64,000 nt of DNA from Glycera tridactyla (lineage: Eukaryota). This document shows positions 60,631-64,000 of this stretch, in pieces. The notes under the pieces are model-generated. The model had not been told where the DNA came from. It saw only the letters and a list, made by a program, of their open reading frames with translations, and ran no database searches. Location of the stretch: assembly GCA_965644265.1 (NCBI GenBank), contig OZ286466.1, forward strand, positions 69,502,001 through 69,566,000, read 5' to 3'. Every line of letters starts with the position of its first letter. Position 1 is the stretch's first letter. Both the position numbers and the translations under genes were made by a program.

Positions 60631-61502
60631 TTATGACAAGGTATGAAAAGCCCCCACCCCTAACCCTCCTCATATCCCAGGTATATATGCAACTTGGTCA
60701 AAAAACACCACATTCATACACAGTAAATGATAAAGTGATTCCCATATCCCCACAGAGCACTATTTTGCAGAACTCTTCACATTTGGAAATTGGAAGAAGG
60801 GCTTCCGATGAGTACATTTCCCTCAACTCTGACAGTATGTATATCCAACTGAAAGACAAATAGACACTAGCACGTGGCCACCGGAAACCATGACTCAGCA
60901 TAGTTTTCATCCCAGAAAATCCCACTTTCAATTACAGAGTAATCCCTCACACAACAACTTGATGAGTCTGCCAGAGAGGGAGTATCCCTTGGACAATAAC
61001 ACCCAAAGACTGACCTACAAGAACTGAGATTGTTTTGCACACATCCAGCGATGTGGTGTGTAGTGTATGTATAACAGAACCTGCAATAAAACAAACTCCC
61101 TGAATTTGGACCCTCAAGACAGGTAATGGTATTATCATTATTATTATCATTATTGTAATCATTATCGCTATCATTATTATCATTAGACTTCATGGGGAGG
61201 GTCTTATAACTATATATATGTGATATGCCATTGTACCATTGGCTCGGCTTATACCATATCCACCCAATAAACTATCCAACCTTTGCATTATACCCAAGTT
61301 ATTAGGTTCATTGACTATTATCACATGAGGTCATGGACGGGTCATGTAGCAATCCAGCAGCATCAATACAAACAGGAGAGCCAAATGAGATATTCCCTAA
61401 TTATTCCATGACGGCAACATTGCCATTATATCAATATGGTGGGAATGACCTGGAATTCTCATAAGCTCATATCTTCCATTTCGCAATGATGATATGAGTA
61501 GA

Positions 61503-61675
61503 CAGTGGACCCTGTGATGAGGAAATTACCTGAATGTCATCAAAAAGTGGTCTCTCATAAGAGGTGGTTTCTTGATGGAGGTATATATTTCACAATAATG
61601 ATATCAGTATACAGTGGAACCTGTGATCAGGGAGTTACCTTAATGTCATCAAAAAGTGGTCTCTCATAAGAGGTA
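61503..61675. mobile_element. Two tandem left halves of a TA-CAGT MITE
   Basis: cagtgga.cctgtgat...aatgtcatcaaaaagtggtctctcataagaggt at 61503 and 61612. Confidence 0.65.
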
Positions 61676-62181
61676 GTGGTGTCACGATTATCGAATAATA
61701 CCCGATTATCGATCGATCTTAGTGGCCAAATAGAAAGTCGATTGCAGAGATGTGGAATCGATTTGATCGGAAGGCAGTCAGCACATATATTTCAATTAAA
61801 AATCCAGCCTCTTTCATGAAAAAAGCTATGGATTCCCTGTGAAGTCAGAATGCTGTCATCCCGCTCCACCCAAAGTAAAATCTATACCCTAGGAGACTGC
61901 TCTGCATACACCTGTGTTTATGTATGATTCTGGAGATAAAACATTGATGAAACAAGGTAGTGGTTGTAGTGCCAGTGTTGCAAACCGATTATAACCGATA
62001 ATTGATCGGTTGAGCTAACCTCAATGTCATCAACAAGGCCACAGAGGGGCAATATACCGCGCACACGGGAGCATAGTGGGTAACCCATATCGCACACTGG
62101 AGCACAGTGGGTAACCCATATCGGAAAAGGTCATTGAGATGTTTGGTTGGCTATGTAATAAGTCACTGGATCACTGTGTAG

Positions 62182-63563
62182 AACTAGAACTGTAATCCAG
62201 AGGATATACTAATGCCCCCCCCCCTGCCATCTTATTCAAGGTCATATCTCCAAGGTCACAGGGACAGAATGACATGCTCATGTACACCTACCGCTCTTGG
62301 GTAATCCACATACCAAAAATGGAAGCTCTCGCATCAATAGCTTGGATACAATGAGTGACACAAGATTTCATGGCAATTTCCAAGGTCAAGGTCACTGGCC
62401 CAAGGTCAAAGTTCATAGGGGCAAAATAAAATGCCCATGCACACCTACCCCTAATGGGTAACTGACATACCAAAAATGGAAACTCTCCCATCAATAGCAT
62501 GGACACACCAGGTGCCGCAGAATTCCATGACAATTTCCAAGGTCAAGGTCACTGGCCCGAGGTCAAAGGTCGTAGGGGCGACATAACATACCCATGCACA
62601 CCTACCCCTCATGGGTAATTCACATAGCAAAAATGGAAACTCTTGCATCAATAGCTTGGACACACTAGGTGCCACAAGATTTCATGACAATTTCCAAGGT
62701 CAAGGTCACTGGCCCAAGGTCAAAGGTCGTAGGGGCGACATAACATGCCCATGCACACCTACCCCTCATGGGTAATTCACATAGCAAAAATGGAAACTCT
62801 CGCATCAATAGCTTGGACACACTAGGTGCCACAAGATTTCATGACAATTTCCAAGGTCAAGGTCACTGGCCCAAGGTCAAAGGTTGTAGGGGCAACATAA
62901 CATGCCCATGTACACCTACCCCTCATGGGTGATTCACATAGCAAAAATGGAAACTCTCGCATCAATAGCTTGGACACACTAGGTGCCACAAGATTTCATA
63001 ACAATTTCCAAGGTCAAGGTCACTGGCCCAAGGTCAAAGGTCGTAGGGGCGACATAACATGCCCATGCACACCTACCCCTCATGGGTAATTCACATAGCA
63101 AAAATGGAAACTCTCGCATCAATAGCTTGGACACACTAGGTGCCACAAGATTTCATGACAATTTCCAAGGTCAAGGTCACTGGCCCAAGGTCAAAGGTCG
63201 TAGGGGCGACATAACATGCCCATGCACACCTACCCCTCATGGGTGATTCACATAGCAAAAATGGAAACTCTCGCATCAATAGCTTGGACACAGTAGGTGC
63301 CACAAGATTTCATGACAATTTCCAAGGTCAAGGTCACTGGTCCAAGGTCGAAGGTCGTAGGGGCGACATAACATGCCCATGCACACCTACCCCTCATGGG
63401 TAATCCACATACCAAAAATGGAAACTCTCGCATCAATAGCTTGGACACACCAGGTGCCACAAAAAATTGTTAACAGACGGACGGATGGACAGACAGACGG
63501 ACAGACAGACGGACAGAGTGAATCCAGTATGCCCCCCCCACCTTCAGTTGGGGGGCATAATAA
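62182..63563 (+). mobile_element. HINE-like element with 157-bp core array (~7.5 units)
   Basis: 5' aactagaactg...aatgcccccc; ccaaggtcaaggtcactgg at 62537, 62694, 62851, 63008, 63165 and 63322; (ggac)n; 3' hairpin tatgcccccc...ggggggcata. Confidence 0.88.
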
Positions 63564-63589
63564 GAAAATCTAATACATATGTAGTAGCA

Positions 63590-64000
63590 CCTAAAACATC
63601 CACCTTGACCTATGACTTAGGGTCACATGCATTGTAAGAGAGATGTTGTAACATTGCTTGATCATCCCAGATCAGTTTGATCTTCATCCAACAATGCTAG
63701 CCTGAGTTATTGTGTGAGATGCGGAAATTTAAAAATAGCTCCTATGGCCTTGACCTTTGACGCAGGGTCACATGCATCAAATGGGAGATATCTCACCATT
63801 GGGTCTTTACGTTGTGAAACTTCGGTGCATATCGATCAATGCAAGCTTGAGCTGGAGTGTGAAATGAGAAAATTTATGAATAGTTCCTGTGACCTTGACC
63901 TTTGACCTAGGATCAAATGCATCGTAAAGGAGGTGGCCTACCATTAGGTCATTACTTTGTGTAAGTTTGATGCATATCCATCTCTCTTGAGTTAGAGTGT
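63590..64000. repeat. Diverged tgaccttgacctttgacc-type repeat running off the window
   Basis: ccttgacctatgac, ccttgacctttgac and gtgaccttgacctttgacc with agtttgat motifs, ~150-bp spacing. Confidence 0.6.

Overview
This is eukaryotic, AT-rich, repeat-dense DNA. The repeat repertoire is typical of a marine invertebrate bilaterian such as a lophotrochozoan or invertebrate deuterostome; this is an inference, not an identification. There are three assembly gaps. I found no intact protein-coding gene, tRNA/rRNA gene or CRISPR array, and most ORF-track entries are microsatellite, satellite or antisense artefacts. Main contents: (1) an ~9 kb tandem segmental duplication (A 42032-50874, B 50875-60084) whose copies differ by polymorphic transposon insertions and satellite copy number; (2) three Helentron-associated (HINE/DINE-1-like) elements with internal tandem cores; (3) a 2.0 kb non-autonomous piggyBac; (4) an hATm-type deletion derivative with a decayed transposase and an inverted partner; (5) CAG-terminated elements with 5-bp TSDs (hAT5-like); (6) about 14 TA-flanked Tc1/mariner-type MITEs; (7) several tRNA-derived SINEs, plus a locally abundant SINE-like retroposon whose body forms a 126-bp tandem array; (8) Penelope-like relics with decayed minimal hammerhead motifs; (9) several minisatellites. 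The least explained observations are a CpG-rich module shared by three unrelated transposon classes, a promoter-motif cassette inside a HINE, a 48-bp repeat with a synonymous-site bias, and a few exon-like, mostly open frames. All alignments and counts were done by eye.
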